Shown here piece after piece: positions 15,973 through 25,337 of a stretch of DNA of 58,172 nt (the stretch's first letter is position 1; each line of letters opens with the position of its first letter). Source of the DNA: Luminiphilus sp. (lineage in GTDB: Bacteria; Pseudomonadota; Gammaproteobacteria; Pseudomonadales; Halieaceae); NCBI GenBank assembly GCA_016778045.1, contig JADHQG010000001.1:1-58172 (forward strand), read 5' to 3'. The notes beneath the pieces are model-generated. The model saw only the letters and a list, made by a program, of their open reading frames with translations, was not told where the DNA came from and made no database searches. The translations under genes were made by a program, and so were the position numbers.

Positions 15973-16575
15973 ATGTCACAACGCAACGCCCTAGAGAGAA
16001 TTGATGGCGGCATGGGCCAGAGACCTGCACTGATTGTGGTCGACGTGGTCGTAGGCTTCACCGACCCCGCCTGCCCTTTGGGGTCAGAGGCAGACGCCGT
16101 CGTACAAGCCAATGTCGACCTGATGAACGCTTTCCATCAGGCACAGATGCCGGTTGTACTCACCACCGTGGTCTACCACAACGAGGAACAAGCCTCCGTA
16201 TTCCGTGCGCGGGTGCCCGCACTCAACCTACTGACCCCCGACTCCCAATGGGTCCAATTCGATCCTCGGTTGCCCATTGTCGAGACTGATTTGCAGTTGG
16301 AAAAACGCCATGCGAGTAGCTTTCATGGCACCGATCTGAACAATTGGCTCCGAGCCAACCACGTCGATACGGTGGTCGTCACCGGTCTCACAACCAGCGG
16401 CTGTGTGCGCGCGACTGCAGTCGATGGTTTACAAAACAACTACCGGGTTCTGGTGCCCAGAGAGGCGTGCGGAGACCGTGACGCGCAGGCGCACGAGGCT
16501 AACCTGTACGATCTCAATGCCAAATATGCCGATGTCGTCTCGTTAAGGGAGGTTTTGGATTCACTACCCGGCTGA
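15973..16575 (+). CDS. Isochorismatase-family amidase (NicF/CSHase-like)
   Basis: RPALIVVDVVVGF, EKRHASSF, GLTTSGCVRATAVD. Confidence 0.92.
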   Translation: MSQRNALERIDGGMGQRPALIVVDVVVGFTDPACPLGSEADAVVQANVDLMNAFHQAQMPVVLTTVVYHNEEQASVFRARVPALNLLTPDSQWVQFDPRLPIVETDLQLEKRHASSFHGTDLNNWLRANHVDTVVVTGLTTSGCVRATAVDGLQNNYRVLVPREACGDRDAQAHEANLYDLNAKYADVVSLREVLDSLPG

Positions 16576-16857
16576 ATCGGAGCGCTGATTAGCAAATTGA
16601 GCGGCCTGTTCGGGCGTCGCTTCAGTTTGATACTGCGCTTTCCAGTCAGCGTAGGGCATGCCGTAAACGATTTCACGCGCACGCTCTTTGTCGAGCGTCA
16701 CGCCTGCTTCGGCGGCAGCCTCCGCATACCACTTGGAGAGACAGTTACGACAAAAGCCGGCCAGATTCATCAGATCAATATTTTGTACATCTTTCCGCCC
16801 GTCCAAATGTGACAGCAAACGTCGGAAGACCGCCGCCTCAATCGATTCCTGGTTCAT
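16564..16857 (-). CDS. DUF1244 family protein
   Basis: VQNIDLMNLAGFCRNCLSKWY...VYGMPY signature. Confidence 0.9.
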   Translation of the reverse strand: MNQESIEAAVFRRLLSHLDGRKDVQNIDLMNLAGFCRNCLSKWYAEAAAEAGVTLDKERAREIVYGMPYADWKAQYQTEATPEQAAQFANQRSDSAG

Positions 16858-16903
16858 GGTGGACTCTGCCTATTGAATAAATATTTTCGAGATGGCGCAG
16901 ACA

Positions 16904-17365
16904 CTATTTCGGCGACTGCCCCGCGAGAAGGTCGTCTATCATCTCACCCTGACCGGGGTAGCGCCATGATGACTCGGGCACCGCGTCGGGTGCCAACCAA
17001 GCAACCTCTCGCACCTCCAAAGGACGATGGATGTGCAGCGCATCCGGTGAGGATGCCGTGCACCAATAAAGGTGAAAGCCGTTATCAAAGACCGTTGCCA
17101 GCTCTCCGGCCTGAACAGCCAGCCCCGTCTCTTCGAACACCTCTCTTTCCGCACCGCAACGCGCTGACTCGGATTTCTTAACGCTGCCACCCGGCAGTGC
17201 CCACTCTCCGGACCAATCCTTCACCAGCAGCACACCGCCCTCGGTGGGTAACAAACAACCCGCGCTCGGTGCCGACGGCTCCGTCGCGTTACTGGAACAG
17301 GGGGGCGGCGTCTCACCACAGGCCACCAGCGACAACAAAGCGGTCACACAGAGACTACGCCTCAT
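16904..17365 (-). CDS. Nudix hydrolase with lipoprotein signal peptide
   Basis: MRRSLCVTALLSLVAC lipobox; complete Nudix box GSVKKSESARCGAEREVFEETGL; start overlaps the dnaE stop. Confidence 0.85.
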   Translation of the reverse strand: MRRSLCVTALLSLVACGETPPPCSSNATEPSAPSAGCLLPTEGGVLLVKDWSGEWALPGGSVKKSESARCGAEREVFEETGLAVQAGELATVFDNGFHLYWCTASSPDALHIHRPLEVREVAWLAPDAVPESSWRYPGQGEMIDDLLAGQSPK

Positions 17366-20300
17366 AGACCCAATCCACCGCATCGTTACCGACTGCGATT
17401 CGCAGCTCATCCAGCAGTGCGTCACTGGGATGGACCTGCCAGGCCCCGCCAAGCTGAACCGCCACTGACCCTTTGGGCTGACTGTACTCCATGACCACAG
17501 GACACTGGCCACCGACTGCCGTTCGCAACGTGTTGGCCAAATGGGTGCTGAAGTGCTCATCCACGCTGTGGCTTGTAACCCTGAGACGCAGCTGGGAGAC
17601 CTTGGCTTTTCTCGCCTGCTCCAGCGAGCGCACAGATTTGGTCCGCATTGCCAGACCACCGTTGAAGTCATCCACCTGCAGTCTGCCGTCCAGCAAAACG
17701 ATTAGGTCTTTCTGCAGCAGATCCCGATGTTCGGTAAACACGTCGTTGTATACCGTCGCCTCAATCTGACCTGAGCCATCATCCAGCGTCAGCACTGCCA
17801 TGGGGCCGCGCTGGGTCTTGATGGTTCGAATATCCAGAATCAAACCCGCGACCACCGCCTGGTTATTGGCCTGAAGTTCACGAATACGCCGCGGTGCAAA
17901 CTTCCTCACCTCAGATTCAAACGCCTCCATGGGATGGCCGCTGAGAAAGCTACCCAGGCTCTCCTTCTCGGCGTTCAACAATTCTGTCAGCGACCAAGGT
18001 CGGGCACCGCGGTGCTCTTGGTAGGGATCCTCACTAGAGTCGCCGGCGGCAATGACTTCACCAAACAAATCATCGATACCTGCCGCTGAATTATTAGCCA
18101 CCTGCTCGGCGCCCTTGATCGCGTCGTCAAGTGCTGCCATCAACACCCAGCGTTCTACGCCCAGCTCATCAAGCGCGCCACTCTTGATAAGCGCTTCCAG
18201 CGCACGACGATTGACTTTCCGTGGATCCGTTCGCGCGCAAAGGTCAAACAGACTGAGAAACGGTCCACTGTCTCTCGCCGCCAGAAGATTATCGATGGGG
18301 CCTTCACCAAGACCTTTAATGGCACCAAGCCCGTACCGAATACACCCTTCTGCATCCACCGAGAATGCATATTGCCCGACCTGAATCGAGGGCGGCTGAA
18401 CGGTCAACCCCATACGCTTCGCCTCGTCACGAAACGTCAGCAATTTATCCGTATTATCGATTTCAGAGCTCATCACCGCGGCCATGAATTCCGCTGGATA
18501 GTGTGTTTTCAACCACGCCGTCTGGTAGGACACTAGCGCATAGGCAGCCGAGTGCGATTTATTAAAGCCGTAGCCCGCAAATTTTTCGACGAGATCGAAT
18601 ATTTTTATCGCCAAGTTTGGGTCGATACCCTGTGCGGCCGCGCCCTCCTCGAACACGCTCCGCTGCTTCGCCATTTCTTCGGGTTTCTTTTTACCCATGG
18701 CCCGTCGCAGCAGATCTGCACCGCCTAACGTATAACCCGCCAGCACCTGAGCGATCTGCATGACCTGCTCTTGATACAAGATGATGCCGTAGGTGGGTTC
18801 AAGAATGGGCTGAAGCCACTCATGCTGGTACTGCGGATCTGGATAAGCCACCGGCTCGCGGCCGTGCTTTCGGTTAATAAAATTTTCTACCATCCCGGAT
18901 TGCAGCGGTCCCGGGCGGAACAGCGCAACCAGCGCGATGATATCTTCGAAGCAATCAGGGCGGAGGTTCTTGATCAGCTCCTTCATACCCCGGCTTTCAA
19001 GCTGAAATACCGCGGTGGTATCGCCCCCCTGCAATAATCGGAAAACGGTTTCATCATCCAGCGGAATCCGGTCAATATCCAAAGGCGTCTCGGTTCCGGC
19101 ATTGATCATTTCGATCGCCCACTGAATGATGGTCAGAGTGCGAAGGCCGAGGAAGTCAAACTTCACCAGGCCGGCTTCCTCCACGTCATTTTTATCGTAT
19201 TGGGTAACGACACCCCCGCCGTCCTCGTCGCAGTAAATGGGGGAAAAATCCGTCAATTCACCGGGAGCAATCACCACACCCCCGGCATGTTTTCCGGCAT
19301 TTCGGGTGACGCCCTCTAACTGGACCGCCATATCCCAGATTTCCTGCGCCGAACTGTCATCCTGCAGTAGCTGGACTAGCTGCTCCTCCTGTTCAAGCGC
19401 CTTGGACAAGGTCATACCGACCTCAAAAGGAATCAGCTTGGACATGCGGTCAGCAAGCCCGTAAGGCTTGCCCTGCACTCTCGCAACATCCCTGACAACC
19501 GCTTTGGCCGCCATCGTGCCAAAAGTAATAATCTGGGATACCGCTCGACGACCATAGGTCTGGGCGACGTACTCAATCACCTCATCGCGCCGCTCCATGC
19601 AGAAATCGACATCAAAATCTGGCATCGATACCCGCTCAGGATTCAGGAATCGCTCGAACAGCAGGTCATACTCAATCGGGTCAAGATCGGTGATGCCCAG
19701 TGCGTAGGCTACCAACGAGCCCGCCCCGGACCCCCGACCCGGGCCCACCGGAATTCCCTGATCCTTTGCCCAACGGATAAAGTCCATTACCACCAGGAAA
19801 TAGCCCGGGAAACCCATTTGGTTGATCGTATTGAGTTCGAAATCCAAACGCTCGCGATACGGAACCAGCCGTTCATCATCCCAGTTAGTAAAGCGCTGGC
19901 TGAGCCCCTCGAACGACAAACGGCTCAGGTATTGCTCGATCGTCTCGCCCGCGGGCACCGGATAGTTGGGTAAAAAAGGCTCGCCTAATGTCAGCGAGAC
20001 AGAGCAACGCCGAGCAATTTCAACGGTGTTCTCAAGCGCCTCGGGGATATCGGCAAACAGTTCCGCCATTTCTTCTGCTGTCCGCAGGTATTGCTGGTCG
20101 GAATAAGCTCTTCGGCGCCGGGGATCGTCAAGAGTTCGGCCGTCGCCAATACACACCCGCGCCTCATGAGCCTCAAATTCTTCCGCTTCCAAAAAGCGGA
20201 CATCATTTGTCGCCACAACCGGACAGGAATACTGCCCCGCCAGTGCCACCGCTGCGTGAAGATAATCCTCCTCATCCTCCCGACCTGTTCGCTGCAGTTC

Positions 20301-20798
20301 CAGATAAAAGCGGTTGGGAAAAGCAGCCTGCCAGTACTGCAGTGCGCTCCGCGCATCTGCCTCGCGGCCATTGACGAGTGCTTGCCCGATATCGCCCAAG
20401 CGACCACCAGACAGTGCGATCAATCCCTCTGCGTGCTCCAGCACCCAATCTCTCTGCACCCGCGGGCGTCCCAGATATTGGCCCTGCTGATAAGAGCGAG
20501 ACAGCAGCAACATTAAGTTCTGATATCCCTTGTCATTCAGTGCCAGCAAGCAGAGCTCATGGTGGCGGTCTGGGTCTATTGGATCCAGTACGTGCAAATC
20601 TGCGCCGACAATGAGCTTGACGCCTTTTTCAGCGGCTGCCTTGTAGGCCTTTACCAGACCAAAGAAGTTGTGATGATCAGTGATCGCGACCGCCGGCATA
20701 CCCAATTCCGCCACCCGCTCAAGCGTGGGCTTGATGCGCAACAGACCGTCAATCAGGGAATATTCTGTATGGAGGCGAAGGTGAACGAACGAGCTCAT
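17355..20798 (-). CDS. dnaE: DNA polymerase III alpha subunit
   Basis: FVHLRLHTEYS, GPGRGSGAGS, PDFDVDF, YGFNKSH; 1147 aa. Confidence 0.99.
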   Translation of the reverse strand: MSSFVHLRLHTEYSLIDGLLRIKPTLERVAELGMPAVAITDHHNFFGLVKAYKAAAEKGVKLIVGADLHVLDPIDPDRHHELCLLALNDKGYQNLMLLLSRSYQQGQYLGRPRVQRDWVLEHAEGLIALSGGRLGDIGQALVNGREADARSALQYWQAAFPNRFYLELQRTGREDEEDYLHAAVALAGQYSCPVVATNDVRFLEAEEFEAHEARVCIGDGRTLDDPRRRRAYSDQQYLRTAEEMAELFADIPEALENTVEIARRCSVSLTLGEPFLPNYPVPAGETIEQYLSRLSFEGLSQRFTNWDDERLVPYRERLDFELNTINQMGFPGYFLVVMDFIRWAKDQGIPVGPGRGSGAGSLVAYALGITDLDPIEYDLLFERFLNPERVSMPDFDVDFCMERRDEVIEYVAQTYGRRAVSQIITFGTMAAKAVVRDVARVQGKPYGLADRMSKLIPFEVGMTLSKALEQEEQLVQLLQDDSSAQEIWDMAVQLEGVTRNAGKHAGGVVIAPGELTDFSPIYCDEDGGGVVTQYDKNDVEEAGLVKFDFLGLRTLTIIQWAIEMINAGTETPLDIDRIPLDDETVFRLLQGGDTTAVFQLESRGMKELIKNLRPDCFEDIIALVALFRPGPLQSGMVENFINRKHGREPVAYPDPQYQHEWLQPILEPTYGIILYQEQVMQIAQVLAGYTLGGADLLRRAMGKKKPEEMAKQRSVFEEGAAAQGIDPNLAIKIFDLVEKFAGYGFNKSHSAAYALVSYQTAWLKTHYPAEFMAAVMSSEIDNTDKLLTFRDEAKRMGLTVQPPSIQVGQYAFSVDAEGCIRYGLGAIKGLGEGPIDNLLAARDSGPFLSLFDLCARTDPRKVNRRALEALIKSGALDELGVERWVLMAALDDAIKGAEQVANNSAAGIDDLFGEVIAAGDSSEDPYQEHRGARPWSLTELLNAEKESLGSFLSGHPMEAFESEVRKFAPRRIRELQANNQAVVAGLILDIRTIKTQRGPMAVLTLDDGSGQIEATVYNDVFTEHRDLLQKDLIVLLDGRLQVDDFNGGLAMRTKSVRSLEQARKAKVSQLRLRVTSHSVDEHFSTHLANTLRTAVGGQCPVVMEYSQPKGSVAVQLGGAWQVHPSDALLDELRIAVGNDAVDWVYEA

Positions 20799-20807
20799 AC
20801 CGGAACG

Positions 20808-21413
20808 CTATCTCACCTCCGGGTCGGCCAGCAAGCGTTTCACTGGCCCGAAGCTGCGCCGATGCGCGGGCGACACGCCAAGACGGCTCAGCGCCGAGAG
20901 ATGCGCCTGTGTCGGATAGCCTTTGTGGCGGTCAAACCCATAGCCCGGATATTGGTTGTGAAGCGTTTTCATCTCCCCATCGCGCTGCACCTTGGCGAGG
21001 ATGGATGCCGCGCCAATACTGGGTTCGGTCAGGTCACCCTTCACGATAGCCCGGGCTTCATAGGGCCATCTCGGCAGTCGGTTACCGTCCACCAATACCA
21101 GACTGGGCAGCACCACCAACCCCTCGACGGCGCGGCGCATGGCCAGCATCGAAGCCTCGAGAATATTGAGTTGATCAATCTCCTCCACCGACGCACGGCC
21201 CAATGCCCAACAAACGGCCTCACGCTTAATCGCGTCGGCAAGCAGCTCGCGCTTTGCCGGGGACAGCGCCTTCGAGTCCGTGACGCCCGCAGGTGGGGGG
21301 TCGTTCAGTATCACTGCCGCAGCGACGACATCACCCGCCAGAGGACCCCGTCCAACTTCATCTACACCGGCGATAAGATGGCCTTGCGTCTCCCCAAAAA
21401 GATCACCACTCAT
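20808..21413 (-). CDS. rnhB: Ribonuclease HII
   Basis: [25 protein letters not shown]; ATGA overlap with lpxB. Confidence 0.98.
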   Translation of the reverse strand: MSGDLFGETQGHLIAGVDEVGRGPLAGDVVAAAVILNDPPPAGVTDSKALSPAKRELLADAIKREAVCWALGRASVEEIDQLNILEASMLAMRRAVEGLVVLPSLVLVDGNRLPRWPYEARAIVKGDLTEPSIGAASILAKVQRDGEMKTLHNQYPGYGFDRHKGYPTQAHLSALSRLGVSPAHRRSFGPVKRLLADPEVR

Positions 21414-22549
21414 GAACGTTGCGTCAGCGGCAGCAGCGCATCGACACATCGGTTAGCAAAGTTACCGCCTATTTGGCCTGCCAGCTCCCGAAACCGCGCA
21501 GTTTGCGTCTCGCCCAGCCCGCTTAACAGATCCGACACCGCATCCGCTAGCCGCTGGGAGGTCAGCTCCTGCTGCAATAACTCCGGCGCCACCGCCTCGC
21601 CCGCCAGGATATTCGGCAAACCAACGAAGGGGGATGTCACGAGTCGCGAAAGGATGAACCAGGACAGACCGGCCATGCGGTAACCGATCACCATCGGCTT
21701 GCCCAGCAACATCGCCTCCAAAGTGGCGGTGCCCGATGCAATCATTAATGCGTTGCTGGCCTGCATAACCTCTCTACCCTGACCCTCGACCACGATAAGC
21801 GGCAAATCGAAGCCGCTCAGCATCTGCTGAATTTGCGCTCGACGCTCTGCATTCGCGGCGGGAATCACAAAATGGAGATCGGGGTAGCGACGACAAAGTT
21901 CTGTCATCGCTTCGGCGAAGATGGGCAGATGCTGTCGAACCTCAGCTTCTCGACTGCCCGGCAACACGCCTACAATCGGCTGGTTTTCCGAAAGCTCTAG
22001 GCTTTGACGAACGGTCATAGCGTCGGGAAGCAGCGACAATTCGTCGACCAAAGGGTGCCCCACACATACGGCATCGATGCCCGCGGAACAATAGAGCTCG
22101 ACCTCAAAAGGCAAAAGACAGAGCATTCTCTCAGTGGCTTTTCGGATAGCTTCAATCCGCCCTTTACGCCATGCCCAGACCGAGGGGCTGACTAAATGCG
22201 CGGTGGTGATACCGGCACGTCGTAAGCGCCGCTCCACCGGTAAATTAAAGTCGGGGCTATCGACCCCCAGGAAAAGATCCGGCATTTCCCCAAGTTGCTG
22301 GGAAATCAACTGCCGGCGAATGCTTAACAGCTCCGGTAAGCGCTTTAACGGCTCAACCAAACCCATGACCGACAATCGGTCCATGGGACACAGCGATTGC
22401 AATCCCACAGCATGCAAACGGCTACCACCAATACCCGTGAGTTCTGGGCAGCTGCCACGATTTGCCCATGCCTCCATGACCGCACCGGCCAAAAGATCGC
22501 CGGACATTTCGCCCGCACAAATGCCAATACGGGAGAATTGCTCCGTCAC
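21410..22549 (-). CDS. lpxB: Lipid-A-disaccharide synthase
   Basis: [33 protein letters not shown]. Confidence 0.98.
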   Translation of the reverse strand: MTEQFSRIGICAGEMSGDLLAGAVMEAWANRGSCPELTGIGGSRLHAVGLQSLCPMDRLSVMGLVEPLKRLPELLSIRRQLISQQLGEMPDLFLGVDSPDFNLPVERRLRRAGITTAHLVSPSVWAWRKGRIEAIRKATERMLCLLPFEVELYCSAGIDAVCVGHPLVDELSLLPDAMTVRQSLELSENQPIVGVLPGSREAEVRQHLPIFAEAMTELCRRYPDLHFVIPAANAERRAQIQQMLSGFDLPLIVVEGQGREVMQASNALMIASGTATLEAMLLGKPMVIGYRMAGLSWFILSRLVTSPFVGLPNILAGEAVAPELLQQELTSQRLADAVSDLLSGLGETQTARFRELAGQIGGNFANRCVDALLPLTQRS

Positions 22550-23319
22550 TAACGAACGATGCCGCGCTGGGAAGTCTGCAGCGAGTCGATCAATATTTGC
22601 ACGCTCGGCGCATCGGTAACCATGCTCTCCAGTCGCTCCATCGCGACCTCCAACGTGAGCCCCTGACGATATAGAATTTTAAAAGCGCGACGTAGCGCTG
22701 AGATTTCAGACGCATCGAAGCCCCTTCTACGCAAGCCCTCTGCGTTAATCGTTTTGGCTTCTGCTGGGCTGCCTGCCACAGTCACAAACGCGGGTACATC
22801 CTTGCCAATGGATGTACCCATACCGCTAAAGCTATGCGCTCCGATCTTGCAGAACTGATGCACAAGCGTATAGCCGGACAGAATTGCCCAGTCGCCGACC
22901 TCAACGTGACCTGCCAGCGCTGTGTTGTTCACTAAAATAGTGTCGTTGCCCACAGCACTGTCGTGTCCAATATGGGCATAGGCCATGATGAGATTTCGAT
23001 CTCCGATCGATGTCAGTGATCGATCTTGAACCGTCCCGCGGTGGATGGTGACATTCTCCCGGATGACATTGTCATCCCCAATGCGGAGCTCGGTTGGCTC
23101 GTCACGATACTTCAGGTCAGGCGTCGCTTCCCCTACCGTTGAAAACTGATAGATGTGGTTCCGGGCGCCTATCCTCGTGGGCCCCTTGATCACCACATGC
23201 GACTCAACCTTGGTTCCTTCGCCTATCTCAACGCCAGGGCCTATCAGCGTCCAAGGCCCCACCTCGACCGACTCATGCAGTCGAGCAGTGGGATCGATAA
23301 TGGCGGTGTCGTGGATCAT
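22549..23319 (-). CDS. lpxA: UDP-GlcNAc O-acyltransferase
   Basis: Hexapeptide repeats, IRENVTIHRGT, HIGHD, VHQF. Confidence 0.98.
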   Translation of the reverse strand: MIHDTAIIDPTARLHESVEVGPWTLIGPGVEIGEGTKVESHVVIKGPTRIGARNHIYQFSTVGEATPDLKYRDEPTELRIGDDNVIRENVTIHRGTVQDRSLTSIGDRNLIMAYAHIGHDSAVGNDTILVNNTALAGHVEVGDWAILSGYTLVHQFCKIGAHSFSGMGTSIGKDVPAFVTVAGSPAEAKTINAEGLRRRGFDASEISALRRAFKILYRQGLTLEVAMERLESMVTDAPSVQILIDSLQTSQRGIVR

Positions 23320-23322
23320 GAA

Positions 23323-23757
23323 TCAACGGTTAGCACACAAGATGGTGCCCGCGGCGGCGAGTTCGCCGTCCACTTTGGCTTCCACCTCAAACTTCCAAAT
23401 GCCGCGCCGCTCGCTGACGATACTGGCGTATAACATGACTTGATCTCCGGGGACGCAGGGCCGCTTAAAGCGCAGATTGTCCGCGCCTACAAAGTAATAA
23501 ATGGAGCCATTGGCAGGTGTTTTATCCATCGTGACAAAACCCAAAATGCCCGCTGCCTGTGCCATCGCTTCCAATAGCAACACACCGGGAAACACAGGCA
23601 TCCCTGGAAAATGACCATCAAAGAAAGGCTCGTTGATGCTGAGGTTTTTGTAGGCCTCAATTCGCTCACCGGGTTCTACCGACACCACGCGATCCACCAA
23701 CAGAAACGGATATCGATGCGGGAGACGGTTACGGATTTCTTCAATATCGAGTGTCAC
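23323..23757 (-). CDS. fabZ: 3-hydroxyacyl-ACP dehydratase
   Basis: [27 protein letters not shown]. Confidence 0.98.
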   Translation of the reverse strand: MTLDIEEIRNRLPHRYPFLLVDRVVSVEPGERIEAYKNLSINEPFFDGHFPGMPVFPGVLLLEAMAQAAGILGFVTMDKTPANGSIYYFVGADNLRFKRPCVPGDQVMLYASIVSERRGIWKFEVEAKVDGELAAAGTILCANR

Positions 23758-24791
23758 GCTTTGTCATCCTCTTTCTGATCGAGACCGGCCGCTTTTTCGA
23801 GCTCTGCAATTCGTCTCGCCATTTGATCCAGCTGGGTAAACCGCGATGCGCTTCTGAGCCACGCTCTGATGGGTTGAATCGGCGTCCCGGAAGAATAATG
23901 ACCGGGCTCAGTCACCGAACCCGCAACCCTTCCCTGGCCTCCAATGTGGACGTCATCAGCAATCGTGAGATGTCCAGCCATGCCCACCTGCCCGGCGATA
24001 ATGCAGCGTGCGCCAATGTGGGTACTCCCCGAAATACCCGCCTGCGAGGCAATAGCGGTTCGGCTCCCCACTTTCACGCCATGGGCAATCTGCACCAAGT
24101 TGTCGATGATGGCGCCGTCTTCCACCACGGTATCTTCAAGCGCACCTCTGTCGACCGCAGAATTCGAACCAATTTCCACGTCGTTGCCGATGGTCACAGA
24201 GGCCAGTTGCTCGATCTTCACCCACCCTTCTGCGCTGGGCGCAAACCCGAAACCATCAGCGCCAATGGTTGCGTTAGGGTGAATGATGCAACGCTCGCCG
24301 ATGGTCACGGCGTGGCAGATCACTGCATTAGGTTTAATGACAGAGTCAGCACCGATACGCGTGCCGTGGCCGATGTAGGCGCCAGCGCCAATCCAGACGC
24401 GATCGCCCAGCACTACGTCGGCCTCAATACAGGCACCGGCATCGATGGTGACATTGCGACCCAATTGCGCGCCCTCGTCGATAACGGCGCGCTCATGAAT
24501 GCCCCCCCTGCGTTGCGGGTGGTTATCAAAGACACGTGTAGCGCGCGCATAAGAGACATAGGGCGCATCGCTAAGCAGCGCATTACCGTCCCACCTTCCC
24601 GCCCAGTCCGGGTGAAGAATCACAGCGCCGGCCAGGGTCTCTGAGAGTTTCCCTAAGTGTTTTTTTTCAGAAACGAAGGAGAGATCAAAGGCAGTAGCCG
24701 CGGAGAGAGGGGCGAGTCGCTGTATCGTAAAGTCAGCATCCCCCCGGAGCTCGAGCTCCAAAGTCGTCGCGAGCTCCCCGAGGGTCGGCAC
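23754..24791 (-). CDS. lpxD: UDP-3-O-acyl-glucosamine N-acyltransferase
   Basis: [19 protein letters not shown], hexapeptide repeats. Confidence 0.98.
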   Translation of the reverse strand: MPTLGELATTLELELRGDADFTIQRLAPLSAATAFDLSFVSEKKHLGKLSETLAGAVILHPDWAGRWDGNALLSDAPYVSYARATRVFDNHPQRRGGIHERAVIDEGAQLGRNVTIDAGACIEADVVLGDRVWIGAGAYIGHGTRIGADSVIKPNAVICHAVTIGERCIIHPNATIGADGFGFAPSAEGWVKIEQLASVTIGNDVEIGSNSAVDRGALEDTVVEDGAIIDNLVQIAHGVKVGSRTAIASQAGISGSTHIGARCIIAGQVGMAGHLTIADDVHIGGQGRVAGSVTEPGHYSSGTPIQPIRAWLRSASRFTQLDQMARRIAELEKAAGLDQKEDDKA

Positions 24792-24796
24792 AGATG

Positions 24797-25312
24797 TTAC
24801 TCCGCGCCCAATTGGTTCATCTTGTCTGAAACTTTTGCCGTAATGTTGTAGCCCAGATCGGCGTGAATCACTGCTTGCTGTTGCAACAGCAGACCGATTT
24901 GATCGGTTTCAATAATCTCTCTCAGCACTTCCTGAGCCTGCGGCGCCAGCTCCTGCATGACCCGCTGTGCATTCTGGGTCTGAAGCGTTTGCAACTTTTT
25001 GGCAACGTATTCGAGATCAGACTGCTTACTGGCCATCTTCTGGCGCGCCGCCACCTGACCTTCCTCGCTCATCGCCGCCTGATCTCGCTGGAAGTCTTTA
25101 ACCAGCTGATCCAACTCCGCACGCAATGCATCAAACTGCGCCTTATCTGACGCGAAGTCTTCATTGCTCTCGAATTCCTGTAACCGTTGCTGCGCAACGT
25201 CAGTCTGCAGAATGGCCTGCTCGAGGTTGACCACGGCAATCCGACCCTGAGCCATCACAACCGAAGGCATAACAACCATTAATAGGCCGGCAAGCCAAAC
25301 ACGCACATTCAT
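24797..25312 (-). CDS. skp: OmpH/Skp chaperone
   Basis: Signal peptide, RIAVVN, coiled coil, position between bamA and lpxD. Confidence 0.93.
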   Translation of the reverse strand: MNVRVWLAGLLMVVMPSVVMAQGRIAVVNLEQAILQTDVAQQRLQEFESNEDFASDKAQFDALRAELDQLVKDFQRDQAAMSEEGQVAARQKMASKQSDLEYVAKKLQTLQTQNAQRVMQELAPQAQEVLREIIETDQIGLLLQQQAVIHADLGYNITAKVSDKMNQLGAE

Positions 25313-25337
25313 TGCATTCTCTCCATATTTTTCATCA

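Noticed and set aside
1-16575. Catabolic cluster as a mobile genomic island
   Set aside because: No integrase, transposase, tRNA or att repeat seen, and no obvious compositional shift by eye.
3408-16575. Canonical Rut (pyrimidine) or Nic (nicotinate) pathway
   Set aside because: RutB/D/E- and NicF-like families are present, but no RutA/RutF or NicAB/C/X/E homologues are in the window.
20559-24644. Long antisense ORFs (20559-21683, 23751-24644; also 8280-9026, 26664-27248, 45749-46474)
   Set aside because: They lie opposite well-conserved genes and carry no motifs; expected in GC-rich coding DNA.
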